A stretch of 64,000 bases of DNA. It comes from the human T2T-CHM13v2.0 reference genome, Homo sapiens. The position numbers were made by a program, and so were the translations under genes. Positions 13,546 through 33,405 of the stretch are shown piece by piece. The first letter of the stretch is position 1. Each line of letters begins with the position of its first letter. The stretch lies in the NCBI RefSeq assembly GCF_009914755.1, contig NC_060925.1. One strand, given 5' to 3'. The notes under the pieces were generated by a model that saw only the letters and a program-made list of their open reading frames with translations, did no database searches and was not told the DNA's origin.

Positions 13546-13974
13546 CGATGCATACTCTCTGCCCACTACCTATGGGGCTGGGCTGCCCGCCCGGCTCGCC
13601 GTGGCACACCTGCACGACACCGAGCAGTGAGGAGCAGCGAGTCTTTGTTGAGATGGGCTGCAAGCAGCCCTCTGGTCCAGATGAACTCCCTCAGGCCGAG
13701 CCTCATCTCACCCAGCCCCGGCTTTCCTCCTTCCCAAGACACGGGGCCTGGGGAAGACCCTGCCCTGTCCCTGCACGAGGCCTTGATCCTTGCCTACAGT
13801 TTTCTGACTGTTGTGTGCTTCAAGGAGATGTGGATAAGGATCCCTCTCCTCATATCAAACCTGGTGCTTCTAAGCTGTGCATGCTGCAGGAGCGCCTGTG
13901 GGCATGGAGGCAGCAGGCCTATGTCTGGATTCTGCCCTCTGAGGGCCACTAGGCTGCATGGGGTCATCTTCTAG

Positions 13975-14512
<538 letters not shown>

Positions 14513-14886
14513 TAGGGGCTGGCATGCTGTCCTGGGTTCATCCCAGTGCCCAGGTCCACTGACAGTATCTAGCTTGAGGTGCTAGCGTAGCCAGCTGAGA
14601 CCAAACCCCAGGGAGTGGCTGAGAATCTGAATCTCCAGTACTCTCCCTGTCCCTCCCACTCTGGAGTTAAGAACATGTTCCCCAGGAGACCAGATGATAC
14701 TCCACTTTCAGCTGTGTGCCCTCCCCTGTTGCCTGGGATGGCTGTGACTTGGGCCCCAACAATGGCAGTAGTGCCCTCTATCAGGATCCCCTCCCCAAGT
14801 GATGGGGCCTTCAGTCAGGGCATGGTGGGCAGTCTCTTGAGGGCCAGGCAGGCCTCTGGTGTCTTTGTATTTAAAGTGGGTATCTT

Positions 14887-16398
<1,512 letters not shown>

Positions 16399-16814
16399 GT
16401 TTTTTTAGTGCTCGCCCTAGAGTTTGCTGTATACATATACACTAATCCCAGTCCACTTTCAAATGGCACTATTCTGCTTCAATAATGAAATATTCCTAAT
16501 TCCTCCTTCCATCCCGTTTCACTGTATTCATTTTGCTTATATATAGCTATATTCATTGTTGCTATTATTATTTTGAACATTCTCTTATTTGTTAGATTAA
16601 GAATAAGAAGAATAAAAGTATTAATTTTCTCTCTACTTGTTCTTTCTCTATTGCTTTCTTTCTTTAAGTGGATCTGAGTTTCTGATCTATATTATTTTCC
16701 TTCTCTCTGAATAACTTCTTTAAACATTTCTTGTAAATTAGGTTTACTGGCAACAAATTCCTTCAATTTTGTTTGAGAAAGTCTTTGTTTTTCTTTCACT
16801 TTTTAAAAAACAAA

Positions 16815-17082
16815 GCCGGGCGCGGTGGCTCACACCTGTAATCCCAGCACTTTGGGAGGCTGAGGCGGGTAGATCACCTGAGGTCGGGAGTTTGAGACCA
16901 GCCTGACCAACACGGAGAAACCCCATCTCTACTAAAAATACAAAATTAGCCAGGCGTGGTGGCACATGAGGCAGGAGAATCGCTTGAACCCGGGAGGCGG
17001 AGGTTGCGGTGAGCCGAGCTAGCGCCATTGTACTCCAGCCTGGGCAACAAGAGCGAAACTCTGTCTCAAAAAAAAAAAAAAA
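16815..17082 (+). mobile_element. AluSp-like with internal deletion
   Basis: Alu with GGAGAAACCCC diagnostic, missing ~25 bp of the right arm. Confidence 0.95.
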
Positions 17083-17106
17083 GGAATATAATTTTTATTT
17101 TGTTAA

Positions 17107-17827
<721 letters not shown>

Positions 17828-17829
17828 AA

Positions 17830-17957
17830 CTTTTTTCTTTTAGAGACAGGGTCTTGCTATGTTGCCTCAGGCTGGCCTGGAACTCCTAGGCTGAAGGGAT
17901 ACTCCCACACTAGCCTCCCAAGTAGCTGTGATTATAGGCACATGCCACCTCACCCAG
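17830..17957 (-). mobile_element. FLAM monomer
   Basis: Diverged antisense left-monomer Alu with short T-run. Confidence 0.85.
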
Positions 17958-18285
17958 TTCCTTCACTTTTGAAGGAAAGTTTTCAGGATACAGAATACTA
18001 AGTTGGTGGGTTTTTTTCTCCCAACATTTAAAATATTCACTTCATTCTCTTTTAGCTTGCTTGGTTTCTGAGAATTCAGATGTAGTGTCTTTGCTCCTCT
18101 ATAGGCAAGTTTTTCCCCACTGTGGTTTCTTTTTTAAAAAATTTTTCCTTTTTTTTTTTTTTTTTTTGTTGGCCGGAGTACTGTTGGCTACCCCTCTGCT
18201 TTCATTCCAAGATTTTTTCTTTATCTTTGATTTTAGATTTTATGCAGTTTAAATATGATATGCCTAGGTGTAGCATTTGGGGCTT

Positions 18286-18358
18286 TGTGTGTGTGTGTGT
18301 GCGCGCGCGCGTGTGTGTGTATGAGAGCGAGAGAGAGAGAGACAGAGAGAGAGAGAGA
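18286..18358 (+). repeat. Compound microsatellite (TG)n(CG)n(TG)n-(GA)n
   Basis: Seen directly. Confidence 0.95.
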
Positions 18359-18416
18359 AATCTCTGAGTTTCCTGGAACTGTAGTTTGGTGTCTGACATT
18401 AATTTGGTGAAGTTGC

Positions 18417-18716
18417 AGGGTGCGGTGGCTCATGCCTGTAATCCCAGCACTTTGGGAGGCCGAGGCGGGTGGATCACCTGAGGTCAGTAGTTTGAGACCA
18501 GCCTGACCAACATGGTGAAACCTCCTGTCTACTAAAAATACAAAAAAGTTAGCTGGGCGTGGTGGCAGGCGCCTGTAGTCCCAGCTACTCAGGAGGCCGA
18601 GACAGGAGAGAGAATCGCTTGAACCCGGGAGGCAGAGGTTGCAGTGAGCGGAGATTGCGCCACTGCACTCCAGCCTGGGTGACAGATTGAGACTCTATCT
18701 CAAAAAAAAAAAAAAA
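18417..18716 (+). mobile_element. AluS
   Basis: Full Alu, TSD AATT(T)GGTGAA. Confidence 0.95.
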
Positions 18717-19534
18717 TTGGTGAAATGTTCAGTTATCCTTGCTTCAAGTATTTCTTTTGTCCTCTTTTCTCCTTCAGCTATTCCCATTATGCATATAATA
18801 TAGCTTTTATAGTTGTCTCACAGTACTTGGATATTCTTTCTCATGTTTTTTCAGTCTTTTCTCTCTTTGCTTTTCAGTTTTGAAAGTTTCTACTAATATA
18901 TCTTCAGTCTCAGAGATTCTTTCCTCATCTGTGTCCAATGTACTAATGAGTCCATTAAAAGCATTCTTCATTTCTATTACAGTATTTTTTATCTCTATCA
19001 TTAAAAAAAAATTCTTTCTTAGAATTTTTGTCTCTGTGGTTACACTGTCTATATGTGCTTGCATGTTATCTACTTTTTCCATCAGAGCCCCTAACATTAA
19101 TTATAGTTGTTTTAAATTTTTAGTCTGATAATCTCAACATTCCTGTCGTATCCCAGCCTGGTTCTGACGCTTGCTCTTTTTCTTCAAAGTGTGTGTTTTG
19201 CCTTTAATATGTGTTGTAATTTCCCATTGAAAGCCACACATGGTATACTGGTGTTGGGGCTCAGAAACTGATACAACAAAATATGGTGCTTTGACATGCC
19301 AAACTGAAGAAGAAGCCTCAAGGTCTCTCTGACCTTCCCTCATCTCCTGTCTCTCAGTCCTCCCGTCCCTCCCAAAGCACATGATAAAGTTGTTTTCTGA
19401 AGTTCCCCTATCTGCCTAAAGTCCAGTTCCGCCAAAGAAGAAAACAATTACCTCTAGTCCCTTCTTTGAGTTTTCATTAACTGAATTCATGTCACAGGAA
19501 GAAAGACCCAAGTCTGTCAACAAATCCAGACAGA

Positions 19535-19745
19535 CTTTTTTTTTTTTTTGAGACAGAGTCTCACTCTGTCGTCCAGGCTGGAGTGCAATGGCGTGATCTT
19601 GGCTCACTGCAACCTCTGCCTCCGGGTTCAAGCGGTTCTGCCTCAGCCTCCCCAGTAGCTGGGACTATAGGCTCTCACCACCACGCCTAGCTAATTTTTG
19701 TATTTTTAGTAGAGATGGGCTTTCACCATGTTGACCAGGATGGTT
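19535..19745 (-). mobile_element. 5'-truncated AluS
   Basis: TSD AGACAGACTTTT. Confidence 0.93.
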
Positions 19746-19913
19746 AGACAGACTTTTGTCACAAACCATTGTCTGCTCCGCAGGCCCAACAGACTTTGTT
19801 CAAGGAAATTGTATGTTCTTCAAGCCCATTGAATTCTCCTAAAACTCATTTCCTATCCCCTAAAATCATGTATAGTTTCCCATCTTCCTTTCCCCTAAGA
19901 AGAAGGGTATATA

Positions 19914-20020
19914 GTGCTCGCTTTGGCAGCACATATACTAAAATTGGAATGATACAGAGAAGATTAGTCTGGCCCCTGCGCAAGGATGATATGCAGATTC
20001 GTAAAGCATTCCATTTTTTT
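19914..20020 (+). pseudogene. U6 snRNA retropseudogene, full length
   Basis: GTGCTCGCTTTGGCAGCACATATACTAAAATTGGAATGATACAGAGAAGATTAG...; ~10 mismatches to U6; A-rich tail; TSD AAGAAGGGTA (19900-09/20052-61); no recognisable U6 promoter spacing. Confidence 0.95.
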
Positions 20021-20163
20021 TAATTTAAAAAATTTATAAAAGTTTTAAAAAAAGAAGGGTACCATCTTACTCCATTGGGATATTGGGTAATCACTCTGTG
20101 ATTCTCCCCTGTGCATGCTAATAAATTTGTACGCCATTTCTCCTACTAATTTGCCTTTTGTAA

Positions 20164-20472
<309 letters not shown>

Positions 20473-21392
20473 TGATTTTTTAGTGAAACTTCAGAGAGTG
20501 AAGGGAAAGTTTTCCCATAGCTCCTACACTGGGTAAAAGGAATTCCCGTAAAATAGGCCTTTAGTCATGTGGTGGAGGAGGTGTGGGGCAGGGGTGGCGT
20601 TCCACAGTCCTGTGATTAGCTCTCACTCTTTTCATGAGCCTGGGAACCCTCCTGGGCTGTGAAGTTCACCAGTGCTTCTCCATTTTTTTCTCCCCTTAGG
20701 TGGGACAGAGATGGGAGTGGAATTGGCTATTTCCCCTCCCTCGGGTCAGCTAGGCTCTGATAAAGCTCCAGAAGATTGGGCTGGGCTAAAATAGTTTCTC
20801 TTGAGAAGCAGGCCTTGTTAAGAACAGAATGCTCTGGCATATTTCAAAATGGTTACTTTTCCCATCCCCCTGCTGAAAGCACAAGGAGATTTTTCTCTGA
20901 CATTCACTGGGAGGACTCGATAGAGATCCTGAAGATTAAACTCACAAACATGTGGGGACGCCCCTATGGCTGGCTCTTGCTGGAATGTTTAATGTTCAGA
21001 TTTGCCCACGCTGAGCCTCCAGCTATTCTTCAATTACAGGTTAGGTTGTCCTGCCCTGGTACCGGTTCTAGAGCAGGTTTCTACTTGGGGGTTTCTCCTT
21101 CTCTGTCTCTTCAATTTTGAGGGCAGTGATTTGCCCTGTGACCTGACTCCTCTAAAGGATCTAAGAAGAATTGTTGATTTTCCAGTTTGCTCAACTTTTT
21201 ACTTATTATTAGGACAGAGAGACAACGTCCAAGCCCCTTACATGCCTGACTGGACACTAGACGTCTCACTACCATGTATTGAACACCCAGGTGGAAGTAA
21301 GCACTTTTTACATATTATCTCATTTAATCCTCACATTCACCCTGTGAAGTAATACCACTACCCCATGTTGTAGAGGTGATTCTTATGGCTCA

Positions 21393-21740
<348 letters not shown>

Positions 21741-22529
21741 AAAGTAGGATTTGAACCTCAGTCTGTCTGTTAACAAAGTCAGTGTGTGTCCCGCGCACCA
21801 TGCCATGCCCCAGAACTAAGCAGATTCGGATTAGGTCTTCAGACCCAGAGGCAGACAAAAGCCAGAAACAGAGACAGGAGCCCAGGCCAAAATAGAGGAT
21901 GGGACCCAGAGCCTCCGAAAGTTCCCAGGATGTATGTTTGACAGACCATCCCCCAGGTCTCCAGAGGTAAGTGTTGAATCCCCCTTTTTCCCCTTTCCAG
22001 CTGCGTCACTTGGGTGAGCAGCTTTACCTCTTCTAGCCTCAATTTTTTGGTAGGTAGCTCAGGGCCTGGCAAATAGTAACTGCTCGAAAAATGGAAGTTT
22101 GTCATTGTTGTTGCTAGGTAGTGGCTAATGTTACCAGCTGGGAGGCCGTAAGTGCTAATCCCCTCCAGCTCTGGCCAGGTGAGGTCAGTAACTGGAGATG
22201 AGGTCAGAGCCCTTAGAGGAAGGCACCCTGACCCCAGCTGGGCTGGCTGGAGAGGTGGCAGCATTGGAACCTCGGTGAAGAAGCATTCTGTTGACAGTTA
22301 TAATGAGATATGCCAGCTCTAGTTTCCCATGGGCACACCAGTTACCTCCTCTCCCTGGTAACTGACCCAGTTGGCACCCAGTGCCTGAGAGCTTGACGGC
22401 ACAGTAGGATCAGTCTTTCTCTGGGGGCAGGTGTGCCAGCTGGTATAAAGGAAGAAAAGCCTCCCCGCTCCAGTGCAGAGCCAGCTCTGACACTTCCTGA
22501 CCAACTCCAATGCCAACTCTGACACCGCA

Positions 22530-23213
<684 letters not shown>

Positions 23214-23832
23214 TGAGCAAACTTTTCACCTGCTAAACCTTTGCTGCTATCGTCATCATCATCATCATCTACCTCAGAGGGTTCCTGGGGACCTGAAACA
23301 AGGCAAGCTATACAAACTGTTTGACACAGGCATCACTAAATAATTATGGGGCAGAGTGATGCGTGCTGGGATATAGAATGGTGGGAGGTGCTGGGAGACT
23401 CACAGGAAAGAGAAAAGACTTCTGACTGGCTGGTTGGAAGAAAGATGTGGAAGGCTTCCCAGAGGAAATAGTGTTTTAGCTGGCCTCAGAGGACATGTGT
23501 GGAAGTTTCCCAGGTAGACAAGGGGGATATAGAAAGACGAACTTGTGTGAAGACTCAGATGTGAGAGAGCCTAAGCATGTCGGGAACATGGAGTGGTTTC
23601 ATGAGACTGCGTGTCTGGGTGAGGGCAAGGTGTGAGCCTGCACAGGACATGGGGGCCGGATGGCAAAAGGCTGGAAATGCCTTGCCTGAGGTTTTAAACT
23701 TGACCTGGCAGGTGAGGTCCTGTTAATATGGCAGAATCACAAAGGGCACTTAAAAGAACAAATTCTGTGGTCCTACCCGGCAACATTCTAAGTCAGCAGG
23801 TCTCAGATGGGACCCAGAAATCTACAGTGTTT

Positions 23833-24903
<1,071 letters not shown>

Positions 24904-24949
24904 TCATTCCTCTCCAGGGCAGTCCCGCACTCTGATGGCCACATCTGGT

Positions 24950-25350
24950 GCCAGGTAGTTTCTCGTAAAGATCTACACTCACATTACAACCTAGACATCC
25001 CACTAGTAGGTATTTACCCAAGACACCTGAAAGCATGTGTGTACCCAAAGACTCGTAAATGAATGCAACTCTATATGTAATAGCCAAAATTAGAAACAAT
25101 CCAAATGTTCATCAGCAGGTGAGTGGTAAAACAAGTTGTGATATGTTCATACAATGTTGCTACTCAGTAATAAAAAGAAATGAGCTACAGATACAGATAA
25201 GGAAACTTGGAGGTGATATGTTCATAATCTTGTTTGGGTCAAAGGTTTCAGGGATGTATACATGTGTCAAAACATATCAAACCGTATAATTTAAATACGT
25301 GCTGCTTATTGTATGTCAATTATATCTCAATAAAGCTGTTATAAAAATCT
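24950..25350 (+). mobile_element. L1M(E/B) 3' fragment
   Basis: ATCCCACTAGTAGGTATTTACCCA..TACTCAGTAATAAAAAGAAATGA..GTATGTCAATTATATCTCAATAAAGCTG. Confidence 0.75.
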
Positions 25351-25652
25351 GATGCCAGTTCTGTGCACCCACGGCCAGTGACAATCCCAAGGCCACATTG
25401 AATGATTACTGTGCATGAGGTACTGTGTGCTGAGCACTCTATGGAGATTTTTCCTTTAACCTTCACAATAGCCTTAGGAGGTGGCACTATTATTATTAAT
25501 ACCTCTGTTTACATAGGCAGAAAGGAAAGCTCAGAAAGGTTAAATCACTTCTCCAAGGAAATGTCACCTGACTGAATTCCAGCCCCAGCTTTACCCCTAA
25601 CCTAATCCAAGCTGTGTTCTAATTTGTTTTTATGATTATACAAGCATTGTAA

Positions 25653-26067
<415 letters not shown>

Positions 26068-26088
26068 TATGTCTAGTGACTGTTATAG

Positions 26089-26421
<333 letters not shown>

Positions 26422-26515
26422 TAGCCAGTATTTTTTTTATCACTATCATTCAGTAATGTACATAGCATTTTGTTTGCCCCACCCTTCCTACCCCAACCTT
26501 ATCTCTTTCCATGTG

Positions 26516-26827
<312 letters not shown>

Positions 26828-27210
26828 TTCCATGTGGTCTTATACTCTTCTACATAAAGAACACCATGAACAACAGCTTTTAGGGAAGGTGATTTTTTTT
26901 TTTGTTTTGTTTTTAAGAAAAGCCCTGGGAGTGGAATGCAGGGCTCAAAAGTGTTTATGCATTTTTCTCTCATCTGGAAAAACACAACTGAACCTTTTTA
27001 TTGCTTAGTCTAGATTGGAACCTTCCTGGCACTCTAATCCAGACCCTGAAATTCCTGTAACATTTGTAAGTTTGGCCACTAAGCATCTGTTCTACCCATG
27101 CCTGAAGGAAGTAGCTCATGCCCCAGGACCAGGAATAGGTTTTGATGGGTCTTAGCCAATCCACATGTCCCACCCGCCGTCTGCAGCCATTTATTCAGGG
27201 CTGGCTCTGA

Positions 27211-27533
<323 letters not shown>

Positions 27534-28242
27534 TTTGGCATTCTTGAGAAAGAGAAGTGGCTGCCCCCCACACCCGTGGGTGCTACCAGGGAGACCTTTT
27601 CTGGGACAGTGTAGGGAAGGACAAGGAATCCTTTAGCACAGTGGTGGTAGGTCGTGGATAGTGGGTCATCTAAGCATGACATTGCAGAGATCAGAGCAGG
27701 TTGAGAGAGAGAGAGAGAGAGACCCCCTCTCCATTCCTGATTATGTTGTTTGAGTCACTTGAAGCCAGCTAACAGATTCCATTTGCTTAAACCAGTTTCC
27801 ATTCATTCATTTCTTTGACCAATATATACTGATCACTTACTATGTGGACAATTTCTAGGAACCATTTGAGCTAGGTTTTCCATGAGCATAATTCTAAATC
27901 TAATCTTAACCTAACCCTTAGTCATAAACTAGAACTCTGACCCTTTTCTAGTGAAGAGCTTTTAGTGGCAAGAAACAAAGTCCTGGACCACTCACACTGA
28001 CCCAGTCCAAGGGGCATTGGTGTAAGAATATGCATGAATCACTAAGTGAAATTCCAGGAATATTACAAAGATTTTACCAGCAATGGGCCTCATGAGGGAC
28101 CTAACTGATGAGGAATTCAATCCCTCCCTACTACCTGTGTCTTCAAAGATTCTGAATGTCAAAAACCCCAACTAATAAAGAGATCCTTAAATGATTCATT
28201 CCCTGGACAAACTCCGTGACCACCTATATAGATCTTTAATAG

Positions 28243-28616
<374 letters not shown>

Positions 28617-28716
28617 TAACCTAAATAAACACAATCTTAACACAAAATATTGATTTTGTGTATCATTTTTTTTTAATGATTTCTGTCTTTTATGTTCTCT
28701 CTAAGTCTTTGCTTAG

Positions 28717-28818
28717 CCCAGGGTTTCTCGGCCTCAGCACTATTGGGATGTTGGCCCAGATAACTCTTTGTTGTAAGAGGCTAGTCTGTATACTGTAGAG
28801 TGTGTAGCATCATCCCAG
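28717..28818 (+). mobile_element. MER20 DNA transposon fragment
   Basis: CAGGGTTTCTCGGCCTCAGCACTATTG..TTGGCCCAGATAACTCTTTGTTGT. Confidence 0.7.
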
Positions 28819-28819
28819 C

Positions 28820-29090
28820 TAGGAGAAACCAACTGCAAGGTTGTGAGCAGCTCTATGGAGAGTTCCATCATGTGATGAGGAACTAACTGAGGCCTCTGTT
28901 AACAACCATGTCCAGCCCCCAGATGACTGCAGCGCTGGTCAACACCTGGATTCCAACCTCATGAGAAACCCAGAACCAGAACCACCCAGCTGAGCTGCTC
29001 CTGAATTCCTGTGGAAACTGAGATAGTCAATGTTCATTTTAAGCCACTAAGTTTAGGATAATTTGTTACTCAGCAATAGATAACTAACAC
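28820..29090 (+). mobile_element. MaLR LTR 3' part (MLT1F/E-like)
   Basis: CAGATGACTGCAGC..CCAGAACCACCCAGCTGAGCTGCTCC..AAGCCACTAAGTTT..CAGCAATAGATAACTAA. Confidence 0.75.
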
Positions 29091-29141
29091 ATACATCTTG
29101 CACATATTTAATTAAGTGTATCACTAAGTATTTGATGTGGC

Positions 29142-29444
<303 letters not shown>

Positions 29445-30098
29445 AAGTATTTGATGTTTTTATGTACTTTTAAGAAGTGTTTGTAAAATTCCAGTTTCCA
29501 ATTGTTGGTTGCTTGTATATAGAAATATAATTGATTTTAAAATATTGACTTTGTGTTCTGCCACCTTGCTAAACTTACTTAGTTCTCACTTATTATTAGT
29601 TCTAGTAGCTAAGAAGTCTGTAATTTTGACATGTTAAGAACCTAGTGTGATGGTCCTCAATTCCTGGCTGTGAATACTCTCCTCCTCTTTTCCCGGAATG
29701 CATTTTTAGAAACAGAGTACTTATAAGTTCTAGGTCTGTGGTCTTTCCCCTTCAATGCTAAGAACCTTTAGGACCACCTGTAGCAGGAGGGCATGAACTT
29801 TTACTTTCACAGCTCGACATTAACACAACAACTTGACTATCATCCACACCTGCTTCAACTCACTAACTCCATCCTTTTGATTTCTCTGCTCAGTCACTGG
29901 CTTGAACAGGCTCAGATCTCTGGACCTCTCCATATCATGATTTCTTTGCCTCCATTTTCCTACTATGTTTTCCCAATTCAGGTTCCCAAGGTGAGAATCT
30001 AGTTTGGCTCATCCCATCTTTTCCCTCCATGTCATTGATTGTCAGGCAGCCCTTGAGTCAGATTCCTTCTTCTTCCAATTGGCTCCATCCACAGAGGA

Positions 30099-30448
30099 TG
30101 TCTTAGTCCATTTAAGCTGCTATAACAAAATGCCATAGACTAAGGGGTTTATAAACAACACAAATTTATATTTCTTACAGTTCTGAAGCCAGGGAAGTCC
30201 AAGCTCAAGGCACTGGAAGATGTGGTATCTGGTGAGGGCCCTATTCTTGGTTCATAGATGGTACCTTCTCACTATTCTTACATGGTAGAAGGGGCAAGGC
30301 AGCTCTCTGGACCCTTTTTTTTTTAAGGCACTCATCCCATTCACGAAGGCTTTGCCCTCATGACATAATCACCTCTTAATATTATCACCTGGGGGTTAGG
30401 ATTTCAACATATGAATTTTGGGAAGACACAAACATTCAGACCATAGCA
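30099..30448 (-). mobile_element. MaLR solo LTR (MLT1A-like)
   Basis: TGTCTTAGTCCATTT..GCTGCTATAACAAAATGCCATAGACT...CAAACATTCAGACCATAGCA. Confidence 0.85.
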
Positions 30449-31254
30449 GAGGACAAGGTTTAATGTCCAAATGTACCCACTTGGGCTATGGGGATTTTGG
30501 ACAGAACCATCTTCCTAGAAAGGAATGTGATGGGGCAGGCCCTATGATGGACACTTCCCATATAGAAGATCACCTGTCTTGCAGATGGTCCCCTCTCTTG
30601 CAGGTGGACACCTGTCTTGCAGACCTCCAATCCTAAACCCTCATTCCTCCCAAGCCGTGAGGTTCACTGTTACCTGACACTGCTCTTCATCCAGCCTCTA
30701 AGAGAAACTGAAACCCCATTTATAGCACTGCACGTTTTTACTCTTGAGCATTGATTATCTTCTTCCTTCCTCCTAAGCTTCCCACTCCTTCTTCCTCTGC
30801 TCATTCACAGTCAGAACTGAAAGGACATGGAAAAATCACACAGTCCAATCTGGGCACGTGGCAGGTGAGAAAAGTATGACCCAGAGAGGTGAAGTGACTT
30901 GCCCAAGTTAATGCGTAGGCTAAATGTAAATATAGGCCTCCTGATTTTTACTATTAGTGTTTTCTCCCCACTAGCCAGTAGTTGGCCCCAGTAGGCATGC
31001 CTCCCCCCAACTTCCACTGGGGTCTAATGGGGCAGAAAAACTGGTGCTGCAGCCCAATGGAGGCAGACAGGGCCAAGGAGCAGGTGACAGCTATGACCCA
31101 GACTAGGTGGCGGGTAGCAGGAATCCCATCCCACCAAGATCAGGCTTCGGGGTTTGGTGGGTGAATGCATGAAGGCCTAGGTCCAGATTTGGCTAGAAGA
31201 TGAGAGGTGCAGAGGCAGGGGACTGGCTGATTTGGAGCCAGAATCGATAGACCT

Positions 31255-32050
<796 letters not shown>

Positions 32051-32720
32051 CCCAAACCTCACCACCCCACACTACTATCCTCCTTATGATGGCTTCTAGA
32101 CTGTGGTGGAAGGGGCAGCAGCCAGGAATCTTTCCTTATTCCATCCTGGAAGTAGAGGGGAAACTGAAGGTAGGAAGGGAAGAGATGGTCTTCTTACTCT
32201 GGACTCAGATGCTTTTGCTTATGTTCTTACTGAGTCGTCTCAACTGGATTATCAGATAGGAATTCATATTCCAATATTATGGAATTATGGGTGAAGAAAC
32301 TGAGGCTCATAGATGAAATAACTTGCCCAAGAAACTCGCCCAGCTAATGGGTTTCAGAGTCAGGATTCAAAGCCAAGTTGGTGTGACTCTGAAATCCATA
32401 CTGATTCCACTGTCCTGGGAATGACAGTGGGAAACCTACAGTGAAGATTCCAGCTCTGCCTTGCTGCTGTCACTGCCTCTGCCTTCTACTGTAAGTGCAC
32501 ACTGAGCGTTCACAGCATCTTTAAAACAGCACCCTGTCTTTGGCCCTCAGGAACCCCGGATGCATTCATGGCTGTCAGATCTCTTGGGGAAGGCAGTCAC
32601 TGGGAGACAGGGTTCCAAGTACTGGCTTACCCTTGTCTGCACTGGCTGAAGCCATGCAGAGAGGAGTGTCTATAGGGAGGCCCCTCTCTCCTGGGAGTTA
32701 AGATACTTCAGTTGAGGTCC

Positions 32721-33405
32721 GTATTAGTCTGTTTTCATGCTGCTATGAAGACATACTCAAGACTGGGTAATTTATAAAGAAAAAACGTGGTCAGGCGCGG
32801 CAGCTTAAGCCTGTAATCCCAGCACTTTGGGAGGCCAATGCAGGCGGATCACAAGGTCAGGCGTTCGAGACCAGACTGGCCAACATGGTGAAATCCCGTC
32901 TCTACTAAAAATACAAAAATTAGCCGGGCGTGGTGGTGCTCACCTGTAATCCCAGCTACTCAAGACCCTGAGGCAGGAGAATCGCTTGAACCAGGGAGGC
33001 AGAGGTTGCAACGAGCAAAGTTCGTGCCACTGCACTCCAGCCTGGGCGACAGAGTGAGACTCCATCTCAAAAAAAAAAAAAGAAAGAAAAGAAGTTTAAT
33101 TGACTCACAGTTCTGCATGGCTAGGGAGGCCTCAGGAAACTTACAATCACGGCAGAAGGCAAAACAGTCACGTCTTATATGGTCTCTGGCGAGAGATGTG
33201 AGTGCCCAGCCAAGGGGGAAGCCCCTTATGAAACCATCATATCTCATGAGAACTAACTCACTATCATGCTATCCTGAGAACAGGATGGGGGAAACCACCC
33301 TCATGATTCAATTATCTCTACTTAGTCCCTCCCATGAAACGTGGGGATTATGAGTACTACAATTCAAGATGAGATTTGAGTGGGGACACAGCCAAAGCAT
33401 ATCAA
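32721..33405 (-). mobile_element. THE1 (MaLR) solo LTR interrupted by AluS (+) at 32789-33090
   Basis: GTATTAGTCTGTTTTCATGCTGCT..GACTCACAGTTCTGCATGGCTAGGGAGGCCTCAGGAAACTTACAATCA..GGGGACACAGCCAAA. Confidence 0.88.

Noticed and set aside
13455-13974. 165 and 145 aa ORFs within the 2 kb retro-insert (processed coding pseudogene?)
   Set aside because: They are on the strand opposite to the poly(A) tail, begin in a MIR and resemble no known protein.
22444-22450. TATAAAG box as a tissue-specific promoter
   Set aside because: Downstream sequence becomes an L1M 5' fragment within ~80 bp; no supported exon follows.
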